64,000 bases of DNA from Zygnema circumcarinatum SAG 698-1b. Its lineage: Eukaryota; Plantae; Zygnematophyceae. A program made the translations under genes and the position numbers. The stretch lies in assembly GCA_037447605.1 (NCBI GenBank), contig CM074810.1, forward strand, positions 496,001-560,000, written 5' to 3'. Under the pieces are notes generated by a model. The model had not been told where the DNA came from. It worked only from the letters and a program-made list of their open reading frames with translations, and made no database searches. Below, one piece after another: positions 1 to 12,213 of the stretch. Every line of letters starts with the position of its first letter. Positions within the stretch are counted from its first letter, which is position 1.

Positions 1-264
1 GAGGGTGGAGGCGTAGTATACTTTAATGGTGCCTGCCTTTACCGAGGTGTAGCAGCTGGAGGAGAGTTTAACGGTGAAGGAGCCGTCATCGTTGAGAATG
101 TAGGACTTGACTGTGGGTGGGAGGAGGCCGCGGGGGAGGCCGTGGGACTCGAGCTGGTCTTGGGCGGAGGGAGTGGAGAGGGAGGGGATGGGGAGGGAGA
201 GGAGGGAGAGGAGGAGGAGGGAGAGGAGCGGAAGGGAGAGGGAGGTGGGGAGGGAGAAGCCCAT
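1..264 (-). CDS. DUF538 family protein, paralog A (signal peptide; runs off the window edge)
   Basis: Manual translation from ATG at 264: MGFSLPTSLSLPLLSLLLLSLLSLPIPSLSTPSAQDQLESHGLPRGLLPPTVKSYILNDDGSFTVKLSSSCYTSVKAGTIKVYYASTL. The 'L..HGLPRGLLP..V.SY.L...G.F.V.L...CY' pattern is typical of DUF538. Missing from the ORF track because there is no stop inside the window. Confidence 0.85.
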   Translation of the reverse strand, partial: MGFSLPTSLSLPLLSLLLLSLLSLPIPSLSTPSAQDQLESHGLPRGLLPPTVKSYILNDDGSFTVKLSSSCYTSVKAGTIKVYYASTL

Positions 265-719
265 GGTGGAAACAGGACGAGAGGATGTGGGTGGGCCTGA
301 TATGGGGAACGCGGGGGGGGAGAGGGGAGACGAGACACGAGGGGAGGAGGAGAGCGAGAGGGAGGGAGAGAGAGAGACGAAAATGGATAAGACAGGCGCA
401 CGACCCAACGGCTTCACATACAGATCTATGAACCCAGTTAGCGTTTTGCTCTGATTAAAACTAGGCTACTTGTGATGATTCATGCTAGATTTCTCAGTTT
501 AACGGTGGGACTGCGAATCTGTGTGGCTTGACTACGTCTCGATAAAGATGCCTTTGCAATGGAAGCCGTTCGATCTGCCACGATGATGCATCGGACGGTG
601 GACATTTTGAAAGACAGATAATAACGAATTGGAATATGCGGAATTTGCGAGCGAGGGTATCCAGCAAGGACTGTGCCGAACCCAAACTTCTTAAGTTAAA
701 AAGAAGAAGAAAAAAAAAA

Positions 720-1662
720 GGGCAGTGATATTTCCACCCCTTTTTTGGATCCAAACACCCCTTCCCGGCCGGGCAGATTTCAAAAAGGATTAAAAACGGA
801 AAATGCTTTCTTCACACCTTTTTGGAATCGATACCACCCTCCATCGGCAGATTTTATTTCTGCGAAACAAGGAAAATGATAACCCGTTACCCCATTTGAA
901 TATCCCGCCTACCTGAATTTTTTTTCACGCGTGCGGTCAATCGCAGCCGTCGATTCCCTCGCAGATCGCAACACGGCAGATCACTACTTGATCTGCAGCC
1001 GGGCTCGGTCACAGCGCATGGCACGTGCCCACGTATCCCGCCAAAGTCCTCTCAAAAGTTCGTCCGTACAAATGTCGTACGGCCGAACTTGAGGAACCCA
1101 AAATTCGTACATTGAGATCTTAAACCAATCAAAAATTTCCACGTCAAAAAATTAACACGTGGCAGATTTTGATTGGCTGGGAGCTAACAGTGACGAGATC
1201 TCGGGCCGAAAGACGCGCGCACTCGCAAGTGCGATCCGGCTTTGGTGGGACTCGTGGGCGCTTTCCATTCGCTAAGATCGTGCCCGGCTGCAGATCGAAC
1301 GGTGATCTGCAGTGGTGTGATCTGCGAGGGAAGCGACAGCTGCGATTGACACACACGTGTGAAGGACGGACACCCGCGAACGATCTCGTGGCGGACGGAT
1401 CTTCCGCTCCGAGCGGATTCGGGCAGGCAGATATTTCTTTCCCGCAAAAAAAAAATCAGGGAGGCGGGATACAGTATTCAAAATGCGATGACGGGGTATC
1501 ATTTTCCTTGGTTAGCAAAAATAAAATCAGCCGACGGAAGAAGGTGGGTATCGATTCCAAAAAGGTGTGAAAAAAGCATTTTCTGTTTTTAATCCTTTTT
1601 GAAATCTGCCCGGCCGGGAAGGGGTGTTTGGATCCAAAAAAGGGGTGGAAATATCACTACCC
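720..1662. mobile_element. Non-autonomous foldback/MULE-like element (MITE) with long terminal inverted repeats
   Basis: The left end GGGCAGTGATATTTCCACCCCTTTTTTGGATCCAAACACCCCTTCCCGGCCGGGCAGATTTCAAAAAGGATTAAAAAC is nearly the perfect reverse complement of the right end (1570-1662). Inverted similarity continues inward to about 1050/1237, with an ~85 bp insertion in the right arm. Both ends are flanked by A-tracts (possible 8-9 bp TSD). No transposase ORF. Confidence 0.8.
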
Positions 1663-1870
1663 AAAAAAAATTAAAAAACTGGAAACAACGCATTGCACTT
1701 TCAGTATGGACATAGAACACAATTCGAACCATTCTTTCGCTTTTTGAAGTTTAAAAAAGCCCAACATAAACTAAACATAAACCAACCAGGCCTTTGGTTT
1801 CTCTCTACAAACCAAGCGGCACTGACCTATCATACATTATTGCTTTATGCTTTTGGGGTACAAATGAGCT

Positions 1871-4800
1871 TCATGAGCCCCCATACATTCCTAGAGGGCT
1901 CCCCCCTCCCAAAGGTGACCTCTCGTCCTCCCAAAGCTCATGGACTGCCTCCCTCCCCTCTCCTCCCTCTCCTCCCTCACTCTCTCCCTCCCCCCTGTAA
2001 CTCCCTAACGGATTTCTCCCTCCGTAATTCCCTAACGGACTTTGCCCAATCGCTGTGTGACTTCTCAAAGGACTTCCGGTAGCCTCTCTCCCTCCCCTCG
2101 ATAAAGCTCTCATTGCTACCACACGTGCCCCATATCCCGCGGGAGTCTCTCCCGCCCCTCCTGGGAAGGAGACCAGCTCCTCTCCCTCCACGCTCTCACT
2201 CTCTTTCCCTTCCTCTCTCCCCCCCTCTCCCTCTCCCGCACTCCCATCTCCCTCCCCCCTCCCTCCCTCCCACTCTCCCACACTCATCCCTCCCTGCAAA
2301 ACGCCGCTCCCTCCCTCATCGTGACTCGGACTCGTCTCCAACCACCCTTCAAGGTCCACATTCATTTCTGCGGCGTCATCTGTTCCCGTTTCAGTTTCAG
2401 TTCCGTTGACCGTTTGACTCCTCCTTGGGTTCAGTTTTGTGGCCCCTTTCAAGATGGATGCATCCCCTAGAGGCCCATGACCCAACTCCCCATCATCCGT
2501 TGGCAGCATGTTACCACCATCCATTGTATGGTGTAACCCCATGTTCTCGTTCTCCATATGCTGCAAAACCCGCCAAACCACGACATGCCACGTGTCACTC
2601 TATGAGTCAACTCCCATATGGGGCTAAACCAGCATCATAATGCTAAGGATGCTAAGGATGTGCTTTTAACTAGCAAAAATCGGTACGAAAACCGGTACTG
2701 TTACTGCCGATACAAAATAGTAATTTTTTACGTATAGAATGAAACGTCCAATACTGCAGAATTTTTCTGGGGTTGCATGCAGTTTTCAGAAGTTTTTAGA
2801 GCTCAAAATGCAAGGGTTTTTAAGGATCAGAGCATTCGAGTTCAGTGGCTTACTCAGACTTATATTTCTCAACTTTTAAGAGTACTGAACCCCTTCAAAC
2901 AAGTTTGACCATTTAGAAAAGCAATGAATGCCTGCTATGAAGTGTCTCATATTTTAGGGTTTGTACCATTCTTTGTGGGCTTTTATTTTTTCTGAAAAGT
3001 GATCTCACCTCCATGGAAGTGGGTTCTCTCGATTCCGTCAGATTTCCTCCTCCCCCTCCAAAAGTATCCATATCTCCTTCCTCTCCTTCTGTCCGGTCTC
3101 CCGCTCCATTTCCTTTATTAAGGGCTCTCATTAAAGCGTCATAGTGAGCGTTATCCGGAGGTCGATACCGAAGAGCTTCATCAATTCTCCTCTTATTCAC
3201 TCGATCCTCCTTCATAAATTTGCTCTTTACTTGCCTACGAGTGCGCCCCGGAAACAGCTGCTGAATTAGGCCAAAATCGGACCCAAATTGCCGTAACCCC
3301 TGCAAACCCAAAGAAACCCAGTTCGTTGAACCACCAAAAAAAAAAAAAAAAAAAAAAAAGGGAAACCCTGTATTTCTTGATCCAGAAAAACCTTGACTTT
3401 TACGTTTTCGGAAGCTGCTTGATCTGAAGTAGGTGACACAAAGTTTGGTTCCATGTCCCCCGTCTCTCTTACTCCCTCTATCNNNNNNNNNNCCCCCCCC
3501 CCCCCCTTCTCTCTGCCGTCCTCTCCTCCTCTCTCCGTGTTCCGTTATTCTGGACGGAGAACTGACCTGATAGAACAGTTCTGTGTCGTCAGCACTCCAC
3601 CGTTCCGCCGGCTGTCTATTTGAATACGAGTTGTAATTCAATCGAGGAGATGTCTCCTCCACTCTCCGATAACTTTGTGCATCAATTCTCGCCGAAGCAT
3701 GAGAGGAGGCAGTGAGAGAGACTTCATTGATCACAATTCGACCGTTCACAACTTGAACTTGGGGAGCCAAAACTGGCCTGCATCATGCAGAATTCAGGGT
3801 TCAGGGTCTAGGGTTTTAAGTTAAGGTTTAAAGATTTTTAGGGTTTTCAGGATGGAAGGGTCAAGGGTTGTCCGTGATGTCAGAGTTTCTTTTTTTAGGG
3901 TGTTCTGAGGGTTCTTTGGGCATTTTGGGTTTGAATTGTAGGTTGTTTTCAGTAAAGTTTCAGTTACACTACTGGAAATTTCACGATTGAAGAAACTTTG
4001 AAATTGAGTCTATGGTGTTCCCAGGAAACTTCTGAAACCTTTTCCTTCACATGTCCCTTTACAGTTACAGTTACGTCCGTTCCTCCAAACGGAAAACTGC
4101 CACATATATCCTGCTGTGAATTCTCACCCTGCATCTTCCTCTGCTTCCGCCCTCCTCTCCTGCTGCCGGGCCTCTCCTCGTCCCTTCATAAAACCCAATT
4201 TTTGGGCTTCTTCTCTCTCTTTCTGCAGACCCAACAACCAAGAAACGTGGACAAGAATTAATAGAGTAAGAATAAAGAATAAAGGATAAAGAATAGTTCA
4301 TATTTTCATCTGATATTTTATAAATTTTCTCTTCAAATAGGGAGTATTATAAGTTTGAAAACTTGCCTCTCTTTCGGCAGCATCTGCTCGGCGGATCAAC
4401 GTTCTTAGAGTCATTTGGGTCGGATCGGTCTCGTTCGGATTGTCTAACTCCACTGCTTTCCATGCAGTCACATGCAACGGAACGGAACGGACGTATGAGA
4501 CATAGAACACCTCAACACTTGTCTCTCCCTTCTAAGCCGTTATAAAGAGCAGAGACACTGAAATGTTAAGCAAAAAAAAAATATAAAAGTACTTTCAAGG
4601 AAGTAAAAAGTAAAAGTATTTTCAAAAGAGATAAGAATTTTCACCCACCTCTCCTTCCTCTCTTTGTCTTCACCAAGGGAAGCCTCTTTGGCGAACGCTG
4701 CTCTCTCTCTCCCGCCGATTCCGTACCCCTCCCTCTCCCCCTTCCCCTCCCTCTCCCTCTCCCTCTCACCCCCTCTCTCTCTCCCGGGGCCTCTCCCTCT

Positions 4801-6907
4801 CCCGCCATACTGCCATATGTTCCTAAAGGATTCTCAACCCCCGTTTCCTGAACCCCCCCATTAAACCCCACTTCTTCAACACCTCCAGCTGCTTCTAAAC
4901 CCTCTTCTCTCACTCTATCTGAATCTCCCTCTCCAGTTTCTTTGTGGCTGTTCTGTTCCGTAATCCGTCTCCGTTTAACGCTTGGCACCGTTGAGAAGTA
5001 GTTTCCATGTGTTTGACTGAGTAGCTCAGATTCCCCATCGTTTTCCGTAAATTCCAAGTCACCGTTTCTCCCCAACCCGTTAATAGGATTTCCGTAATGG
5101 TTAACCGCATCATGTGACTCGCTTGGCATGGAAGCGTTGCCAGGTGGCGGCTGCTGATTGGTGACAGCTGGCACGGAGAAGGTGTGGCTCAGATTATCCA
5201 CCATAGAGGAAGAGAGAGAAATTTGTAAATCCTCGGTGACAGCTGTCGCAATTTGGGATGGCATTGCTGACATCAGCGAGGGTTGTGACATCATATCTGG
5301 GATTGCTGACATCATCATCGGTGGGAAGGATGCGACATCTGGCATTGCTGACGACAGCGACAGAAAAAGTTCATCCCCCACTTCTGAGCTTGAATGCATA
5401 TGAAGCTCCTGCAGAATAGGTGACATTTTGTCAAGATTAATAAAGCAGAAAAGTTACTTTAAAGCGTATTTTAGGGTTTTTAGGGTTTAAGGTTTTTAAC
5501 CCTAAAAACCTTGTTAAACTAAACTCATTTTCAATGGTTCCAACAGCTTCACCCAAGCTCTACCCTATGTCCCCCCATACCAACCCTAAAAAAAACAGTA
5601 AAATTTGAAAATGAAAAAGAAAAATCAGAAAATCTACTTACTTGCTCCGTTGGCAAAGACAACGCCGATCCATGTTCGGTGTTCCCTGTTACAGTTTCAT
5701 AAATAGAGCCATCCCTGCCTGGAGGAGGTAGTAACGTGTCTCTCTCTGCAGGCTCCAAAAAAACATTTCTTGAAGGAAGGGAGGGGGGTGCCTTCCCTGC
5801 GTCTCCATGCCCATTTTCCGTTGCAGTTTCCGTTCGACTGACAACGGAATTTGGGGCAGTCCCTGCGGCCCCTCCAGGCCCTCCTTTGCGAGCCCTAGGT
5901 TTGACTTTAGGCTGAAAAGCAGCCGCTCTCGGGCCTGCACATGCAGACAGAGGAAATGATGCTGTGACTTTATCAAAAGCTACTTAAGACTTTGATAGAG
6001 GAGAGTGATAAGTATCCTGAGAGCGGGAGAGAGTGAAAGAGAGTGAGTAAGAGTGAGCTAGATTGAGAGTTAGAGAGAGAGAGAGTGAGAGAAGAAGTGA
6101 GTGTGTGCGAGAGAAGATGAGAGAGTGAGAGAGAGGGAGAGTGTGAAAAGTGTGAGCGAGCGGGAGAGAGTAAGAGAGCGAGAGAGTGAGTTAGGTTGCG
6201 CGTGAGAGCGTGATGAGTGTGGTAGAGGGAGAGAGAGTGGGACAGAGTATGTGAGAGAGAAATGGATAGAGAGCGGGTGAGAGAGGGAGAAAGAGAGAGA
6301 GACAGTGAGAGTGAGAAGAGTGAGAGGGAGAAGGACGCCCTAATCTCCTGCAATGCCCCGCACAACGCTCATACCCCATTCTACTCCAACAGTAGCTTTT
6401 GTAGGCCAATAACGTAACGGAATTCAAATTAAAACGGGAAATTTTCCACAAAGAGACAGCCTGGATCTGCAGACACACTTAGACCTAACGTCTCTGCAGG
6501 CAGGCAGAGAGAATTTCAGTTTAATCCCAAATAGTAAAAAGCCAGCAGTCAGACATACTGTATACAGACCTAACCCTAATTTTGCTCCAAGCCCTGATTG
6601 CGTAAGCAGTCTTAATTCTATTTTTCTGAAATATCCAATTTTTAGAAACGATTGCATCCATAATCCCCAAATTCATCCGTGACCCAATAATCCTTTGCAG
6701 ATCAACCCTCATTTTCTGCAATGGAAGACGAAAACGAAAAGGTGGCCGGGGGGGGAGACTGTAAGCAGCCTAATGGCCCTGCTTCAGCCCTGTGTTCTGC
6801 TCCACGACCTAAAGTCAGCCCTAATTTTCGACCTTGATAAAGTTAACACGAGCAGTAAAATTACCCGAGGAAGCCGCCTCGAGCGCTGCGTCCAGTGCCG
6901 ACAACAT
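1871..6907 (-). CDS. BDP1: TFIIIB B'' subunit (Bdp1, SANT/Myb-like domain), multi-exon
   Basis: Frame-consistent exons: 6907-6865, 5934-5642, 5408-4649, 4452-4367, 4222-4128, 3777-3567, 3299-3009, 2560-1871. N-terminus ...AFQPKVKPRARK; APQVQVVNGRIVINEVSL; SANT core RLNYNSYSNRQPAERWSADDTELFYQ|GLRQFGSDFGLIQQLFPGRTRRQVKSKFMKEDR. Confidence 0.9.
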
Positions 6908-8747
6908 GGCGGCGTTCTATGCTAGGAAATTCCAGCGATCCGTTCAACAGATCCACATGGAAACGGAGCAGATCTCTCTGCTCTCACTCTCTCTCCCTTC
7001 CTCCATCCCCTCCCTCCTCTCCCTCTCCCTCCCCCTCCCCCCCCTCTCTCTCCCTCTCCCTCTCCCTCTTCCTCTCCCTCTCCTTCTCCCCCTCCCTCTC
7101 TTTCTCTGTCTCTCTCTCTCCAACCTCCCTCTCCCTCTCCCTCTCCCTTTCCCTCTCCCTCCCCGTCTCCCTCTCCTTCTCCCCCTCCCTATGCTCCCTC
7201 TCTCTCCCTCCAAACACCCTCTCCCTCGCCCTTTCCCGCTGTCCCTCTTTATCCCCCCAAATGTCAGTGTGGTAAGCCGCAAAACCGATTAGGTTAACCG
7301 CGGTCACCTTCAGTAACCTATTCCGTTCAAATTTAAAAATACCGTACTGAAAGGACGCTTTCAAGGACTGGTAAATTCTGTCACCGGACGATCAGCGGAC
7401 GGGAAAAAAGGACGATAGTGTAGGTATTTCGATTTCCACACGTAATGATTTGTCCGTACATTTGGTACACTCGATCGGATTGGTGCGAAACTGGCACATT
7501 GGCGGCACATAGAAACCGTCATTTCTTCAGTCCTAGATTTTTTTTTAAAATACGTTAAGAAAATTTTACACGTGTGTGCGAGGATATGGATTCGTCGGAT
7601 ATAATTTTGACCCAGTTTTGTGAACCAAAGTTTTTTTTTCAATGTATCGAATTGTGAACGGCTTGACTTTGCTGGGGCCGGCAATCGATCGACGCGGCTG
7701 GAGGGTCAACGTCGGGTCAAAACGACGAAATACGACCAAGTATGTTATTTGTCTTGACTCAGTCAGGAAAATGTTTCCAGACTGAAATTATTTCATACAA
7801 AATTAAAAATGAGAGTCAATAAGAATCGCATAGGTTGCCACGTGTCAAATAAAAATGGTCAAAATACAATTTTGTGTTTATGGGCAGTGTAAAAATGACC
7901 GTACAATGTCTGACCGTACACATTGTACGAATGAAAAAAATCTGCAATTGTCGTTTTTTCAGTTGTCGTTTTATGGACCACGCGGTCCTCACCCAATGGT
8001 CGGAGGTGGAGCCTGTCGGAGAGTTGATCTGAAATCGGTAGATCCAAGAGGTTAACACCTTCCCTCCTTTAAAGACCCTTTAACACCCTCCCTTCATTTC
8101 CTAGAGTTGATCGAGTTGATCAGCTATCGTTGCCCTGTTGAATTTTTGGGAGGTCAAATTTCAGGGTTGAACTTCCCGGTTCAATGTACCTGGTCATAAA
8201 AACGTCCTGTCTTTGCTCACCATAGTTCCTGTAGTTCCGTGAGTCACATCTAACGGGACAGCGACTGGAGAAACATAGAGTCTACTGCACTTCCACACAT
8301 CCTCTCTCCCCACTCGTACTCTCCCCTCTCCCTCCCCCCTTCGCTCCACCACCACTCACTCCCCCTTCCCCTCCTCTCTTCTCCCTCCCTCCCTCCCTCC
8401 CTCCCTCCCTCCCTCCCTCCCTCCCNNNNNNNNNNCTCCCTCCCTCCCTCCCTCCCTCCCTCCCTCCCTCCCTCCCTCCCTCCTCTCCCCCTTTTCACGA
8501 CTTTCGCATTTCTTCATTCAGCTTGCGGTTTTTTGGATCCACTTTTCCTCCACATTTGCTCGAATAAATTGGCTTCACATTCCTGAAAAGCTTATCAGGT
8601 CAACAGTTTCTGCTCCTCGATTCTCTTGAAGATATTTCGCCAGATCCAAATTTTAATTGTTTTGAAGCTATAATAGTATTTTTCCAACTTCCCCAGGCCC
8701 TAATTTTCATCGAAACACTTCTCAAATTGAGCCCTAGATTCAAAAAA

Positions 8748-11307
8748 ATGGGTTCAACGGCTCGAGCTCTCAAAATCGCTCTTTTAAATTGTGAGCGGTT
8801 GAGCGAGCACCTTCCGCCCCAAATATATTCAAAAACCGGCGGATATTTCGAGCTTCTGCAGCGTACATTCGACCATGTATGCAATAAAACAAACGAAAAT
8901 AATAAAGGTGTCGTCCCTCCCACCCTCCCTCCCTCCCTCCCTCCCTCCTCCTCCCTCCCTCCCTCCCTCCCTCCCTCCCTCCCTCCCTCCCTCCTCCCTC
9001 CCTCCCTCCTCCCTCCCTCCCTCCTCCCTCCCTCCCTCCCTCCCTCCCTCCCTCCCTCCTCCCTCCCTCCCTCCCTCCCTCCTCCCTCCCTCCCTCCCTC
9101 CCTCCCTCCCTCCTCCCTCCCTCCCTCCTCCCTCCCTCCTCCTCTCCTCCTCCCTCCTCCCTCCCTCCCTCCCTCCCTCCCTCCTCCCTCCCTCCCTCCC
9201 TCTCCTCCCTCTCCTCCCTCCCTCCCTCCCTCCCTCCCTCCCTCACCCCCGGTTTTCCAACCCTCTGCCTCCCCCATGGCCACACTTTAATGCATATGTT
9301 CCATTACACTTATTTTTGGTAAAGTTCTTTTTAATGTTCAAGATTTTTCTGACGCAGTTTTTTCACTTCCTCTTGCTTAAATTTTTCTTAGAACCATTTT
9401 CATGACCTACAGGCCAGATCACAAGCCTTACTGAAGCGGAGGAGAAGCTTCCAGAGAAGGTGAATGTTGTTCTCTCAGGTAACTTCTTCTCTGCGATACG
9501 TCTCGTTTTGAATTACGTAACAAAACCACGAATTAATCCTGAGAAGGTGGCTTGCATTTACTTATATGGCTGGAAAATTGAGAGAAAATTGAGAGAGAGA
9601 GAGAGAGAGGGGGCGAGGGCTAGTTACAGAGATACAGAGATAGGAGTAGTGAGCCCCCCAGGGGTTCAAATAATACCTACCTCTTACTGCAACTTTAAAC
9701 TTCCTTCTTTAGGATGTACCCTAAATAGTTCGTAGAAACTAACTTCTGTTTAAACTGATTTCTCAAAATTGAGTTCGCAGATTATGATGTGAAGGGAGGC
9801 AACTTTCCTCAAAACCCCACTGCGTATGATGGGGTTCTCATATCGGGGTCTTTAAGCGGTGTCTATGATAATGAGGACTGGATAAAGCAGTTACTGCAGG
9901 TGAGTACTGACTGTCAACTTATTCAATCTTTATTCTTCAAATTTTCTTCTTATCTTCTGAATCTTAGTTTATTCAGCTTCAGTTCGGCTTAGAACCCAGT
10001 TGAAATCATCAGTTTAAACGAAATTCTGGAGCGGGTTTCTCGGTTTTCAATGAAAGCCCTTTTGACTTTTGGGATTTCTTTATTTGGGTTTACAGGAGAT
10101 TCGAACCTATGACCGTTTGGGTGTTCGCACGTGCGGAATCAGCTTCGGGCACCAAGCCATTGCGCAGGCTCTGGGAGGACGAGTTGCGCGGAACCCAAAG
10201 GTGGGGACTTTCCATGTTTCCATGTTTCCATGTTCGTTCACTGTTCTGCGTTGTTGATCCATGTTGATCCATGTTGTTCCATGTTGTTCCATGTTGTTCC
10301 ATGTTGATCCATGTTGTTCCATGTTCATCCATGTTCATCCATGTTCATCCATGTTCATCCATGTTTATCCATGTTCATCCATGTTTATCCATGTTTATCC
10401 ATGTTCATCCATGTTCATCCATGTTGATCCATGTTGATCCATGTTGTTCCTTGAAATGTGCACAACAATTTTTCTAGGGATCGGAAGTCTCAGTTCGGAG
10501 CGTGAGGCTGACGGCGGCCGCGCGGGAGTACTTCGGCACAGCGCGGGAGGGCTTCCGGCTGCACTACCACCACAACGACGCCGTCGTGGACCTTCCGCGA
10601 GGCTTCGCGGTCATGGGAGGGAACAATGTCACGGACTACCAGGGCCTGGTAGGCATGGCTCAGGCCTTCAGGAAGATACCCCATACGGGTTGACTTGCGT
10701 TGACTTGTGTTGACTTGAATTGACTTGGGTTGGCTGGAGTTGACTTGGGTTGTATGGGGTTGACTCTGGTTAACTATGGTTGACTTTCCGTTGACTGGAG
10801 TTGAGTTGAGTTGACTTGGGTTGACTTGGTTTGAGTATGAGTGGACTCAAGGGAAGTTGGCTTCTTTGTGGATGCAGTTCCGAGACGACAAATTTCTCAC
10901 TTTCTGTGGGTACGTCTCTCTGCCCCCCCTCTCATTCGTTCATCCGCTTCTTCTTTTCGCTTCCTTTAACCAACTTTTCCTGGTTTGTTGTTGTACTTAT
11001 CTATTATTAATCTCAACTTACTTAATTTTAACCTATTTTAATTTTAATTTAATTCTAATAGTATCAATTTAATTTAATTTAAGCCTCCTCTCCGCTGTGC
11101 AGGCACCCGGATTACTCCCACACCCCGGAGGTCCTGGCGGCCCTGTTGGAGTACGACCGGCTGAAGCTGTGGGTGCCGGAGCAGCTCGTGGAGGTGGGCC
11201 TGGGGACGGTCCGGGAACCCACCGACTACGAGTGGATCACAAGGCAGATCGTCATGTTTTACTTGGGTAAACTTGGAAGAGATCAACCCAAAAACGGATC
11301 AACTTAA
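8748..11307 (+). CDS. Class I glutamine amidotransferase-like protein (gamma-glutamyl peptidase GGP/YfeJ-like) with altered catalytic triad
   Basis: Approximate exons 8748-8876, 9417-9477, 9781-9899, 10096-10200, 10479-10647, 10876-10908, 11103-11307. Translation includes MGSTARALKIALLNCE...GGYFELL, DYDVKGGNFPQNPTAYDGVLISGSLSGVYDNEDWI, RTCGISFGHQAIAQALGGRV, HNDAVVDLP and FLTFCGHPDYS. Confidence 0.88.
10250..10450. repeat. Intronic 10-bp tandem repeat (CCATGTTSAT)n
   Basis: About 19 degenerate copies of CCATGTTCAT/CCATGTTGAT/CCATGTTGTT in a GATase intron. Confidence 0.9.
10688..10830. repeat. Intronic ~10-bp degenerate tandem repeat (GTTGACTTGG)n
   Basis: Repeated GTTGACTTG motif in a GATase intron. 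Confidence 0.8.
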
Positions 11308-12213
11308 AAAATGGATCAAGTTAGAAATGGATCAACTTCAAGTTCGATCAACTTAAACATGGATCAACTTGAGCGAAAGGGTTACTGTACGTGTGGAGAG
11401 GCCGTGAGGTGGAAGTTGTGGAGGTTGATTTTGGGAGGTGGAATCTGGGACACTCTTAAACAGTGGGGAGTTGATCCAGGAGTTAAACTCCACTCTAACT
11501 CCGTTCCACTAGTCGTTTGTTGATCTGTTTTCAAGCTTTAGATTAGTGCCAAAGTTCGAATAGAAAAAAGTTTTTCGCTGCCCGTTGCGGCTTCCCGGGG
11601 ACTCGACCTTCACATGTGCCAAAGTGGCGTCGGAGTTCAGTAACAGACAATTGCGCGCAAAATGGAACTGAGCAGTGTTCCTTGCATGGAAATCGTCGGT
11701 CAGTCACTGTTCCTGTCGGCTGTATGCTCAAAAAATCCAACGGTTAACTGGTAATAATTTTTCACACGTGTGATCGCTTCTGACACGTCACATTTTGCCT
11801 TTTCACCCAATCGCAGCACGTCACGTAAGCGCCCCTTTGGGATAAGCCCCTTTAATCAAAAATGGTACTGTCGACTTGACGTCTACCGATGTACGCCATA
11901 AACAAGTGGTTTATCTGAAGTATCAATTCTAGAATCGGTTTGACAAGGGCGCTATTACTCGCCGCGTGTGGCCACCTGCGCGCTCTGAGAGGACGACAAT
12001 TCGAGTGACCGTTCACATAAATGAAAATTGGAGGGAGGGAAATTAGGGTGTGGACGTCTTGGAGAACACGACTAAGTGCGGAGAGGGAGAGCGGGGGAAG
12101 AGAGAGGGCGGAGAGAGAGAGAGGGAGAGAGAAAGCAGAGAGAGAGAGAGGGAGATAGGGAGAGAGAGAGAGCAGAGAGAGAGGGGGAGAGAGAGAGAGT
12201 GAGAGAGCATTCT

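Noticed and set aside
10250-10830. Regularly spaced short repeats resembling a CRISPR array
   Set aside because: These are contiguous 10-bp tandem units with no unique spacers, inside eukaryotic introns, with no cas genes nearby.
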